Shown here piece by piece: positions 51,345-64,000 of a DNA stretch of 64,000 nt. The notes under the pieces were generated by a model. It did not search any database. It was given only the letters and a program-made list of their open reading frames with translations, and was not told the origin of the DNA. A program made the translations under genes and the position numbers. Each line of letters opens with the position of its first letter. Within the stretch, counting starts at the first letter, position 1. Source of the DNA: Lingula anatina (taxonomy: Eukaryota > Animalia > Brachiopoda); assembly GCA_051362555.1 (NCBI GenBank), contig CM120640.1, forward strand, positions 25,964,225-26,028,224, in the 5' to 3' direction.

Positions 51345-54300
51345 GTAACGGTGTACAGGAAGAAAATGCAGTTAAGCAGGATAAAATATGGCACTTCAGC
51401 TAGATACATACTCATGATTAACAGAGCCCTAATTATAGTGTTTAATTACACCAGAGTAATTATCGTAATAGTTATTGCTTTTATTGAGAGTGAGAGGCTT
51501 TCAGGGGTTGACTGTCATGCTGTTAACAGCAGCTTAGTGAATATCAAGCTGCTGCATTAGGATGTCAAAACTCAGGTGCAAGATATTACTACATCCAGTC
51601 AAGTAGCATTTAAGGAGAAGTCAATTAATATGATTAGCAAGCTCTGATAGCTTTTTTATATTTGTCACTATGATTCATCACTGGTGCGCATTACAGCCAA
51701 TGAACAAAGCAAGAAAGCCAAACCAATACAGACCAAATTAATTAACACTTTATAGGCTCCAGACTGTAGGACTATTAAATTTGATGCAATATGGGACTGA
51801 GGGATGTTATGGATCTGGGTCACAGGCACTGAACACAGTAATTGCATGTTAAAGTAAGACCAGAAAGGTTGAGGTCATCATTAACATAAAAGCCTTGCAT
51901 CTTATTGTTAATCAAGTGACCACCAACATGTTTGGAGGCAAAAACAAATGCTAAGAATAGAGGGATAATATTTTGCTAGTATTTTGATATTTTTTGTCCA
52001 TGTGAAACATATGGTTCTCTTTATTTGAAAAGCCATATAGCTATTTTACCAACAACCCATTCATGACTGGGTGTTGGATACATAATTTTATGTGTTTTGA
52101 CCTTTACACATTTTCTTAAAATATATATGAGCAAACTAGTTGAGGAATTTATACTGTAATAGATAATGAGTCTTGAATAATTTTATTGCATGTTGTCTGT
52201 CAGCCATGGGGCATGACAGATGTTTGCTGTGAAAGAAATTCTACCTGCCTTGTATGCCATTATGAATAGAATAAAACACAGTTGCTTTTAGAAATGATAC
52301 AGGGATTAAGTTAGGTTCTTCCATTATGGTAGTCACTCCATGAATTAATTCAGATTAGACTAGGGCCTCTCACTTTGTCAGTTTATTTAAATAGTTTTAA
52401 CACAAAGGTGATAGTCTGTATCAATTAAGGCACTACAATAGGTAAGACTCTGCAACTGCACTTGTCAAGTAAAAAGCCTCAGATTTCATGACTGGGTGGT
52501 GAAGGGAGATTAATTGCCATTTAGGGCATACCAGCTGCTGCCTGCTATATGTGTGCTAGACATTGTGCATTTCTTTGTGGCAAAAAATGCATTGATACAA
52601 TTACAGGGGTCAATTCTTTAATACCAGGGAACAAAGAAGTCCATAGTCAGAAATGCTTCCTAGAGGTATGTAAAATACATAGAGAGTTTGTTTAAAATGT
52701 CATTTTAAAAAGACGCAATACGTCTGTCGTGTTATTTCATTTAAAACTAATGGTTTCTAATTTATAAATAAAAGTCAACAAGAAGCAGACCGTGTAAAGG
52801 TTATAGACAATGAGGTTAATAGACAATGAGGGGCAGGTGTCTCATTTGAACCAGATAATAAGGTAGTTGTACAACTCCTTCCACTCCCTAACCCACTGGT
52901 CAGAAATCTTGGTTCCTGTCCATGGTTTTGACACTTAAAAAATCTACTACATCTCCATTGACATGTCTCTACATGGGTTTTACTTGATTTCAATAGCCAA
53001 ATAGTTATCTGAAGAGATAAGATATGGGAGCATTCTGTGTATTAAGCAGGTGAAATAGTCATGTCATGAAATACTTCAGTGGCTGATCATATATTAAGCT
53101 GTTAGGGTGAGGAGATAAACCTAAGCTAATATTCAGATAACCTTTTTGCCATAACTGTCTAATTGTGGTCAGCTCCCTTTTCCTCCCAATTCCTTTTATT
53201 ATCTACAGCCCAAGAACATTTAGCTTAACCTACTGAAAAACCCACAGCAGATTGCTTGGTGTATATTTGATATCCCAGTAGCATTCAAAACAAGAACTGA
53301 AAAGGGATGTCTTACATAGCAAACAGTTTTGAAAATTGCCAGAGGGCTACCGCCTGTAGTTTCAAGGTATGGTTCCCAGTCTCTGTGTGTTGCTGTGGAG
53401 GTTGTGACCTACTGAAAATGAGTCAGTTTGTAACATGACATATATGTGGGTCATAAAGTTACAGTTTGTCAGTTATGGAATGTTCTGGATTTGAGAATAT
53501 AACATTTTTTTGTTATGAAGTGCCAATATCTATATGGTTCTCAAAATTAAATGTGTTAGATTGCTGCCTTGTTCCTGCTGAACAGGACTTGGCTTTCCTG
53601 GAAATGGTGGTAATGATGAACATAATATGTTGGGATAAGTGAAACAATCCAAATAGTATCTGAGATGAAGTAAGGAGTAATTGTTTCTGACAGGGGATTT
53701 AACATCCTCAAACATACATGTATCATCCTGTAGCTGCTTGGTCAATAAGAAGTTGGAACAAGTGTATTCTTATTGCTCTTCCCTGAAAATAGATCCACAC
53801 CAGAAATAACATGGTATCTATTGACTTTCGCTCATTGGTTTATCTAAGCCAGAGGGATTATTAAGTTGGGTGCTGTGACTCGTTACAAAAAGATTCTCAC
53901 AAAGTGTCCATTCAGAGATCATGTTACATCATGAGATGTACTCTGAATGGCTTGATTCTAACAATATGAATGAAATAGATTGTTTTGCCCGTCGTGTCAA
54001 ATAGATTTCCATGGTAAACATTGGAGTGATGTAAAATCCAAGTACTTACTATATATTTGATATCCATGTTTTAATGTTATGTGCTTCACTGGGAAAATTG
54101 AATTGATTAGATCTAGATAGGTTTACTCTTTTGACATAGCCAGCAGAGGGAATAGAAAGCATGCTTGTATCCAGATAAAAGAAGTCAGTTCTCAGAATTC
54201 ATTGATTCTTGGCGGTTTTTGTTCATGTGCTGTAAATTTTGAATATATTTTTTTCAGTAGTAAAGCATATGTTTTAGCGTCACCTCCCTCCTGGTATTGG

Positions 54301-57300
54301 TATAGAAGGACTGTGCCAAAACAGAAGCAAGTCACATTAATATCTGTGAGCATTATATCACACCTGTTTTGACAGTTATGTCATGTTGATAAAATACTGC
54401 ATCACCAATCATGAGAGAATTATGTACCTTTATAGACAGTTGGAATTTTCTCTCACTCATACACAAAAAATGAGTTTAAGACCCTACTAATTGTGTTTTA
54501 CTACTTACTGAATCTGAAAGCTCACCCAGATGAACAACACCAGAATTATATGTTAAAGCCTCTTTTGGATTACACAATGTGCAGGTCATGATTATCATAT
54601 TACATGGCACTGCTGTCTAAGCAAGTGTATTGGAGTTAAATAAGAACGGAACACATTTTTATTTAATGGCTGGCTCAAAGGTCTATTCTTCTTTTCATGC
54701 TTTGCAAACAGCATTCACCTTTGGTGAACTCTGCCCTGGTTTTCTAAGGGTCATTTTCTGCGTGCCTTACATAATATTTAATGTAAAGCTAGTGTTGCAT
54801 TATACACAGTTCTTGGGGATATCAACTGGAGTGTGCAGTTTAGTGGTATAAGATTGAGAGAGAACAGATGATATCTTAACCCCCAGTAAGCGTTTTGTCC
54901 CTTGTGTAACCAGAGGTAAGTTTAACTCACTGAGTTTTTATATCAAATTCTAAAATGCTAGTGTGACCTTTCACTTAAGATATGGTATTTCCTCTTCTAG
55001 AATGCCAATATGTTTCCTGCATCATTTTGAGGTGATTTATTTCTGTTTGTTTACCAAAAAGTTGCAATTAGCTGCCTTACAACTAAAATAGTTCCCCCCT
55101 ACCCACCCCAGCAAAAAGGAAACCCAACCTTTGAACTGTGCCTCCTATATACTTTCCAGATTCTCTGGTAATTGCTTCATCATAGGCTATGATTGTTAGG
55201 TTGTGTAAAGGAATATGTAAAATTGATGGGTGGTGGTATATGGTTAGTGCCAAAAACAGGTGTATAACGATGTGGAGAGGTCAGCCATCTTGACAGTTCC
55301 AGGCTGCTGCTTACAGGTAGGAAGAAAGGTTAATGCCTGGCTGTCTGGGGGACAGCAGCTTTGTAGTGGTTGTCTTTTCTTATCCTTTTTGCCTTCATTG
55401 TTTAGGGGAGGAGAAGAGACAACTTGTTAACCCCCCAGTTATGATTTTTTAAAGGCCCCATGTTGTACATATCTGCTTTATAAGCTGATAGCATGTATCA
55501 GGTTTTTTAGGCAGATCAAGGTTCACAACAAACAATAGTGTAACAATATACCTTAATGCAGGAGTGAACATGCAGATGCTGGTACTTTAGCTGTATTTGC
55601 CATACAATGTGACACCATTATACTGGAATTCTATGCATAACTATGCAGACATTTATATTACGCACAGATTTATTGCATTTCATTTGTCGCAAGGTTGTTT
55701 GTTTTATATCATTTGAGGATCTGCTGGAATGTAAAAGCATTTATAATCTACTGGTTGAGTGAAGTATTTGTTTTTTCAATTTAAATAAAAAAGACCAGAC
55801 ATTTGAAATTTGATGAATTAAATTCATCTCACGTCTTATTCTCCCTTCTTCATTGCAATAAATATTGATTGTTGACCTGTTCATGTCATTTTAACAAACA
55901 GCAGCATTAATAATAATCTGCCCTTCGCTTTTTTATTTACTGACATCTTTTAAATAGCTGTCATTTTCAAACGATCTGTTGGTGTGGGTTACCTGTGCTC
56001 ACCTTTATTGCTATAGTAGGCCAGGTAACAGGTAGAATAGCCCCATGTGGAGGCTTTGAAAGATGGAGTGTCAGTAGGTGACTGCAGAGATGACAAATGG
56101 TCCGTCATTGTGAATTCAAGTCACATGCAGAACAATGCCAAATACACCTTACAAGTCAGTTGATAGTCAAGACAATTCTGTGGGAAAGTAAACATGTTTG
56201 TGCATTTGGATGTATCCTGTGTTACTGCAATCATCCAGGGTCCTCCTGTTGTTTGTCGAGCAATATATCTATTCCCTTGCTACTATTAGTCATACCACTT
56301 TGACCAAATAATCCATTTGTTATCTTTTTTTTCCTTTTCTTTTGTTACCTGTAACTAGAGTTTTAAGCCCGACCTGTGACCACAAATGATCCATTTGCTA
56401 TTCTTGACCTTCTAATGATTTTGTTTGCTGCATGTTATGTATAGCAGTATAGATGACAGGCACAGAATTTTCTGCACTTCAACTATTGTTAGGTATGGTA
56501 GGCAGTACATTGTACATCTTATTTAAATTGAACTAAAAGACTTAAGAGATTGCAGGGGAAACTGTAAACGTTGTACTTTTATCTTCAAATTCCTCATAGT
56601 TGCAAATGTGTGTTCTACCATATTTTTTAAGTGGATTATGTATGGTACCAGTGGAGGAGGGGGAGATTCATAAGATAAGTGAATTTGGTTGTAGCAAAGG
56701 CATTATATTGCATAAGAAGGTGTTAATGGTGAAGTTAAGTAATTCCACATTACTGTACTTTTACTTGTCAAGAAGAGTGGAAAAAAGAACAGCATTCCAT
56801 ATCTGTTTATCTGAAATTTGAAGCAAAAGGTGCACTTAGTAGATAACTAGCTCTACAGTGGCCTGTGTTATCTGGGGGTCAGGCAGGAGATTGTCCATGT
56901 AAACCTCCTCTGTGCTTGCATGGTTCATCTAGGATCAGATACATTGGTCATCTGGTACACTCTTGATGGTTTGTTATGGCTGGGCTGGTGACTCCCCAGT
57001 GGAGAGACCACAGGCTGTACTGGTATTATATAGCCACTTGAGTAATAGGGGATAGGGTGTTAGTTAAATGGGGAATGCTATCTTCTTATTGTGGGTTAGT
57101 CATGGGTTCTTTGAGGTCAGAAGTAAAATTCACCTCAAATTGTGGTTTGTCCATCCTTGACTATTAGTGTTGTCTATCTTTACTGTGAAATGTTAAGTAA
57201 AAGTCAAGATACTTAGTACAAGGCTGTAAATAGGCAATAGTAAACAAAATAACATAAGTATCTATAATGTCTAGAATTATTTGATTTATGCCAGAAGTGG

Positions 57301-60300
57301 ATATGACATAGACAAGCACTGTTGACCCATAATACTAAATAATAATATGAAGTCAGAGTGACAGGTGTTCTTTTTTTTTACCTAGCTTTGAGCATGGTTG
57401 TTACATGTATCAGCCACACAATAAAATATTTATGATATATGGATGGATGTGCATCATTAAGCATCATAATTCCAAGCAAACACATTGCCCTAACATGTAT
57501 TTCTGGAAAAGAATTGGCTCACTTCCAACCCACACCCAGTGTTGTAGCATAGTAACTGCACATACATTTATAAGAATAATGCTGGGTCTTGATTCTGCCT
57601 TGGTGTAAACAACTCACTTAATGCCTAGAGAAAGCATTTGTGATCAATACTGCAGAGAACTGCTGCAGCCAGCATTCCAGATAGTATCTTTGAATAGCCT
57701 AGATTTGCAGCAGATTAGCAAGGATGTCCATGCGTAATGATTATATTGATTGATGAAAAATAAAAAAAGGGGGCAAGAAAGGTCAGAAACCCTCATCAAA
57801 TTGTTCTCAACTAATAGCAGATATTAAATACCCTTGGGCAATCCACCATTCACTCACTGGTTTTCATTTTATGCTGGCAAAATAGCTTTTATGATGTAGG
57901 TATAGTGTACCTGTAGCATGTAAAAATGTTGGTCCTAAGAAAACATGTATTGTTTATTCAAATTGAGTTTATTAAATGTACATAACCAATCTTTTTCCAA
58001 AATGATGATTGTTGACCTTTGAAATAGCCATGATAAAAGAAGAAGCAGAGTTACTTTGGAAGTTAATATTTTTAGCAAGTGAAGCAGATGTTGCAAATTA
58101 CCATACAGGTGAAGGCAAAGGCCTGGATCAAATGATGAGCTCATATCTAACAACGAGGCTAGTTTGGTCATATTATCTTGTCACTTGTGTATTGATTTCA
58201 CAGGAGTCTGTTAACGCAGTGTACATAAAATGTGGTATACATTCTGATGTAGCAAAGTGACTGTGTATCCCCTCCCCCATATAAAAAAAGGAAGGAAAAG
58301 AAACTTTAGAATTGAGATTTATTTGTGGTGAGATTTTGTCCAATAAAGCAAGCTCTAAGGGATGAAGTGTTCTCTTCTTGTGTCCCTGTATTAAAGAAGT
58401 GTGGTTTGTTTCTGTTCTTGCCTTCAGGGTTGAACTTGAAGGATGTATGCCCTGAAATGGATCATTATATCACTTTATTTAATTTTTTCCTTTTATTTTC
58501 TTATTTATGTATCAATTTGCATTTTACACACTTGAATTAAAACCATGTAATAAGTTGAAATTTTTCTTGTTGTTATGCCCATCAGATATTGGTTCATGTG
58601 CATTACATGGAATCTACATTTGCCTTATATTCTACTTAGTGTTGTATACGATTCAAATAAAGTTGACATGCTAAGGGATAAACCAAATTAATTTCTCCGT
58701 TAAAGAGTCTAAATATGCAACTTCCTCAAATTTTTGGTTGTAAATTGACTTATTAATCTGTCCCATTTTTATGCAGCACAGAAAGTAATAAAAAATATCC
58801 ATTCAAATATCATTTTTCAGGTAGTAGGGAACGATATCTTTCAGTATTTCTCTTACTTAAACATATGAAACAATATAATGGCATTTGGTCAGTTTTTGTG
58901 GCATAATATTGACTTCAAATGTATCTTTTTTGATATATATTAAAATTACGATGTGTGACCTCAGTAAAATCACCGCTCTTAATTTGAAGAAAAATAATAC
59001 CCAAGAACATTATATGACGGTATAATAGCATAACAAGTTTGATTTTAGGTTTTTTTTTTATATTGATATATACTGATATTAGTTAACAGGGTATATATCC
59101 TTGAGGGACTGTTTGCCCTGTACTTGGCTCCATCCAAGATGTCAAATTACCTTGAACTGTTAAAACCATGTGAACAACAGGTACATTGCTGCATCCTGTT
59201 AAGCTATCATAGCATTATCCAACCAGTTTGAAATTTAATAGCTTTGACATTTGAAAACACTAGGCTTGTGTAGGCCATGCAGCTTAATTGCTACTATTTC
59301 TGTGACTTCTATTTCTCAGCTAGCTGGAGATTGATACAATTTCTTCAGTAAACACGGGCATGTGCAATTGATTTGCGTTTCAAAGTATACTAGTGAAGAA
59401 AATGTGATCACCGGGAGCTTTTTCAATTGTTGAATTAGGATAGTGCTTCATTGAGGGCGATGTAAGTCATGCTGACGGGGTCTGACTTTATGTTGTTTAC
59501 GGACACATATACCTCACATAGAAGCAGAAACTCTGAAAGAATTTAACAAGTTTCCTGTCACTAAGTGTAGAGAGAGGGAAGCATGGTTGAGAACACCGCA
59601 CTTGGAAGATTAAATTGCCCAAGGAATGGAGGAGGGGCCAAACATGGTGGTAGAAACGAGCATGTTGCTTCTGCCTGGTGTATTTTAATAGGACATTAGA
59701 AATGTTGGGAAATTGGTACTTGAGTATGTCAGATAATACTTCAGAAATCTACCGATACACGGTTTAAAATGAATTAATAGATTACATGTTTAAGTAAATC
59801 TATAAGGGAGTTCAATTTAAAGGGTGTTGTATTGTGCTAGAGGTGAAAGCAATGTGTTTCTGACTGTAGATTGTGTTATTTTAAAGTTTGGTGCTTTAAG
59901 TTTTATAATATGTATTATAAAATGTGAAAAATGTGAGATTGTTGCTCTGTACTCTGATGATTTGTAGATAAATTATCGAGAAGTAGGTTATTGCCTATTT
60001 TTAGACTGTGTTTTTCGTACCTCAAAAGTTACAACCAGTGAGTTATTACTGAGAAATAAATACAATATATATAGTAGTTATTTTTAGGTCATCACAAAAA
60101 TTCGAAATCGCCTTTTGTATATCAGTTATATAGTGAACAGTTGGCTTAAACCTTAGACAGACTGAATAGCTTCCTGTCTTACACTTTTAGTGTAATAAGT
60201 CATGGAAAAGGTGCCACCTTGTGTAGCTATTGATATTCTAGTCACCCAAGTTATTTGTTCACTGGAACTGGCTATAATACAATCAGAGAGTTGACTGTTG

Positions 60301-60479
60301 TATGCAGGTCACATGCATCTATGTCTTTGACTGTCAGGAGGATGGCTGTCCTATAGTTCAAGAGTGTGGGTTACTTTTTATTTCCACTTGAGGTACATAA
60401 AGACTCAGTGTATAAGAAAAAACGTTGACTGTGAATACTTACCAAGTTTTATTGCAGAGAACAGTGCTATGTTGAAAGC

Positions 60480-61104
60480 AAGGCTTGTTTGCGCAGGCGT
60501 GCATACATAAGGTAAAAGCTTAGAACATAAGATGCTTACTACTACTGTCATCTGCGGATGAGTGTTTTATATATATCTAATTAGGGATAAAGATTAGAGA
60601 AAAAAATTTACGTGTGGTTATGTCTTCAACAGACTTATACTTTAGTGTCGTATTAGATAAGATGAGTGTGCGTGCGCATGCGCCGTGCTGAGCATGTGAT
60701 ACATTCCTTTACGATACATCTTGAAGACGCATGTTCCACCATTCTGAATAAGGTCATGGCATCCTTCTTGTTACCATGGTATTATGTTAAGCATTTAACC
60801 TTTCTGGTACGTGATAGTTTTCATTTACTCGTAGGCTGCCATTTGAGTGTTTTTTGTTACATTCAACTTCAGTAACCTAATTCGCGATCTGGTTTTACCA
60901 TCTCGACATAACAGTAGTGGTTTTGTATTCTTGCTGCACTACATAAGATTGCGTCAGGGCAGGATTATGTTATCAGTTCTCATTTTTTGGAGGACATGCT
61001 GAGTAGGAAGCCTGCATAGGAGTGTTGTCAAGATGGCACAGGGACTGCACTATGTCGAGCTACAAGACTGACCTCTTTTGGCAACTTGTCATCATTAAGT
61101 AAGT
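60480..61104 (+). promoter_or_regulatory. Putative internal alternative promoter and first exon within the ASH1L-like intron
   Basis: Local CpG excess; NRF1-like TGCGCATGCGC at 60673-60683 and GCGCAGGCG at 60491; YY1-like CAAGATGGC at about 61029; donor AA|GTAAGT at 61098. Confidence 0.4.
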
Positions 61105-64000
61105 AGAAACAATATGCCATTGTTGGTTTGCTTTTAAAAAAAAGACTTAAGCATGATTAAAACCATATTACATGCATGTTTTACATTGTGTTTCTCTGTA
61201 AGGCTGGTAGAATATGACTTCTTGGCCTGTAGGATCCTCTGGAATGTTTATTGTGGGTATCAGTATTTATGCCAGTAATAAACAATATATATGACCCTGT
61301 GGAATTTTCATTCACAAACAGTGTATCCTTGCAAGCTGTAGTTTCAGTTCCATTGGCAAATCACAATAGAATTCTATGCCTGACTCTGTTGACAGAAATG
61401 TGATGCTTTTTAGATTCAGCACTGCAGTGTGCTTGCCGAGTCTGTTTATTTAATCCCAGTATGAATGGAGGGATTACTCTCCCGAGAAAGGGACATTGTT
61501 GTGTGAAAGAACAAAAAGTGTTTCTACAATGTGCTGTGTGTAATATGGTGATAAATTAGGTTACGCACAAATACATGTGCGCATACACACATCTTACTAT
61601 CCAAGCAAGCAAGCAGTAGAAGGCACTAGAATCATCACGACATGACTTCCCCTTGATCTCTACTTGGAGGAGGTGAGAGCAAATATTGCATCGAAAAAAA
61701 ATTATCACTTAGAAAGATGATGGGGGAAAACCCATTTAACATACTAATAATTTTATGTAGTATGCATTATTAAATGTACACTGAAATCTCAGCTGCACTG
61801 TCTCCCTTTCAAGATCACCAGAAACAGCACTGTTATATTGTGCTCAAAGGTCAAACCTGTATGATATATTTTAAACATGAGTACAGAATGTTTATTGACA
61901 TCCAGTATGATTGAAGTGATTAAGCAAATAGGAAGCAATGCTGTGTCCTGTTATTTAGTGTATGAGTTCTTCGGTGTTTACTTGAAGGAAAACTACAAAC
62001 TGGACACCAATTGAAATCAATAGGGCAGTCCACTGTTGTGTTATTTGGCTGACCTATTTTCTGAGATCTGAAGGAAGGGTCAAAACAAATCGCAATGTGA
62101 ACTGTTAAAGAAAGGTGACCACCTTGAGCTGTTCTCCAAACAATCTTGAAAAAGCGTACCGTTTTCCTGTCCCCTCTCCCACTTACATCCCAAATATATC
62201 GATGATAGTAAATTCCAGATCATTGCATAAATTGATCAATTTCTGTTGGTATAGTTCTTGTATGATATGGTTGATCTATAGTGTAGTTTTCTTGTTATCT
62301 TGGTTATCCCTCCCACGGGGAGGAATTTTGCCTGGTCTTAAAGGCAGCCTCCGATAGATTTACATGTCAAGCGTGTATTGAGTGCAGCCTGCCCTCATGA
62401 GCTAGAGTAGTTTTGCTCTCTGATCTTCTTTACTCTAGAGTACACTTTTGCTGTAAAATGCTCACCCATTAACTCAGCGGGGAGGTATTGGAGGCAGGTG
62501 CTGCACACATCTACCTGGCTGTCAAAGTGCAGGAGCTATGACATCTACATAGAAAACAAGCCAACTGTACCAGGAAAATCCAATCTTCATGATTGGAAAT
62601 TCTGGGGATAGAAATATCTTCATGTATAACATATGTCATATGTATCTGAATGTATATCACTTGATGTCTTTGCTTGCAAGCCACATATTTTCAATTTCTG
62701 CCCATTATATTGAATTTATACATATTCCAACCTGAACTACTAGATTATCAAACAAAAATATTGATTCTTGAAAGAATATTTATTAGGTGTAACAAACAGG
62801 AAAAGAGAGCGTTATGCATCATATTGTGGTTCAGTTTGACGGGAGTCAAGTCACCCACACAAAGAATAAAAGCCTTTGTACCAGGTGTTGATTTCTGGAC
62901 AGGTGATGTTCTCTTTGGCACCTATTAAGCATTTAAAAGGTTCCATTTATTGAAGCAGGTGCCCTTCAAACAGTAGCCATTGGTCAGCAGACCCCCTATC
63001 CAAACATTGGTCAAGTGTCTGGCTTGTCAAACATCAATCAGTGGTCAGTACATTGTCTAAGGTCTTAGCTGGAATATCTTTTTATGAGAGTGACATTGAA
63101 ACCATGACAGGTTGAAGCATATGGTTTCTTCTCATTATTGTCTGGCACTTGCCATGGTGATGCTGCAACAGCACTCCCACTGTTCTGGGAATATGAATTT
63201 TTGTATATGTAATATGATTAACAAGGTAAACGCAATAACTGGCATCTTGTATTTTATTCTTATGCTGCTAGTAAGTCAGGCAAAGGAGCAATTTGGGTAC
63301 TGGGTTTTTCATAGCATTACGTAGCATAATTAGCAAGTAGGTATGTCATGTATAATATGAGATGATACGAGACTGCAGGTGAGCTATGATGGTTTAAAGC
63401 TAGGCATCATCTGTGTAACATATCTACACATGACATTTAGCTTGTTTTATCTTGAGTTGCCATTTCCAGTAAATTGTTGACTCAGCCGACTGGTGAGTGG
63501 TATAATGTGTAGGAAATAAGTGGGCTGAGGCATGATATCAACAATCTGATCGCTTTGTAGTTTGCTGGATGATTTCATGGCATTGAAAGGTCTTGCAGAT
63601 GTGGTGTGGCAATGACAATCATCAAAATAGTGATAATGGGTGTAAAATCAACTGGAAAGCTACCTAGCTAATGAGAGGAAAGAAATTGCAGTCCCCGGCC
63701 TCGCCTGGTGATACTACACTATCTTAATCTGCATCTGTGTGAAGCGCACCTCCAAGGTTCTGATTACAAATGAAGTAGCAGGGAACAGTTTGATCCTGGG
63801 TCCCAGGAGCCCGTGATGTATTTCCCAGAAATGTGAATACAGGATATGTTGTGTGAAATCTGTATTGGCAATTGAGGCATTGTACAGGGTGTTGAATTGA
63901 TAAACATGGCTCCATTGTGCTTGGAGGGGTTTTATCATATAGTCAATTATGGTAACATGGGAGTGAAAGCTCATTACTGTGAACAAAGATATTAGCCACT

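Noticed and set aside
53908-53950. Small bulged hairpin CCATTCAGAG...CTCTGAATGG as a possible miRNA
   Set aside because: Stem too short and bulged for a canonical pre-miRNA.
59095-61331. Isolated RTATCCTT U12-like donor motifs (about 59095 and 61323; also 36773)
   Set aside because: No adjoining exon or matching branch site could be identified; probably chance.
50505-64000. Apparent excess of AG|GT donor-like motifs on the sense strand (U1 telescripting idea)
   Set aside because: A rough by-eye count of AGGT is close to what base composition predicts; not supportable without a proper test.

Overview
This is AT-rich, intron-rich eukaryotic genomic DNA from an animal, most likely a marine invertebrate; it is not prokaryotic, so most entries in the ORF track are noise or single exons. 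I reconstructed exons by hand. Left to right the window holds: a probable 5' end of an unidentified minus-strand gene sharing a promoter with HAUS1 (+, 9 coding exons, 4981-10239); two tandem hydroxylysine-kinase (HYKK/AGPHD1-like) paralogues (-, 13784-18381 and 25537-30788); a secreted Cys-rich DUF4773-type gene (+, 36508-39915); DAP3/MRPS29 (-, 13 coding exons, 40691-48741) with a U12-type intron; and, head-to-head with DAP3, the first coding exon of a probable ASH1L orthologue (+, 50154-50504) followed by a >13 kb intron. The first 48 kb are dense with non-autonomous DNA transposons (Kolobok-type TTAA elements, PIF/Harbinger-type MITEs, Helentron-associated HINEs), including a four-level nested insertion. 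The last 14 kb appear free of them. Highlights are the apparent ancient DAP3-ASH1L divergent pair, a gene-conversion tract next to a diverged active site in the HYKK pair, an in-frame duplicate of a HAUS1 exon behind a stop codon, and a 29-bp Kolobok relic with templated filler DNA. I found no CRISPR, rRNA or intact tRNA. Gene identities rest on my recall of family motifs, not database searches.
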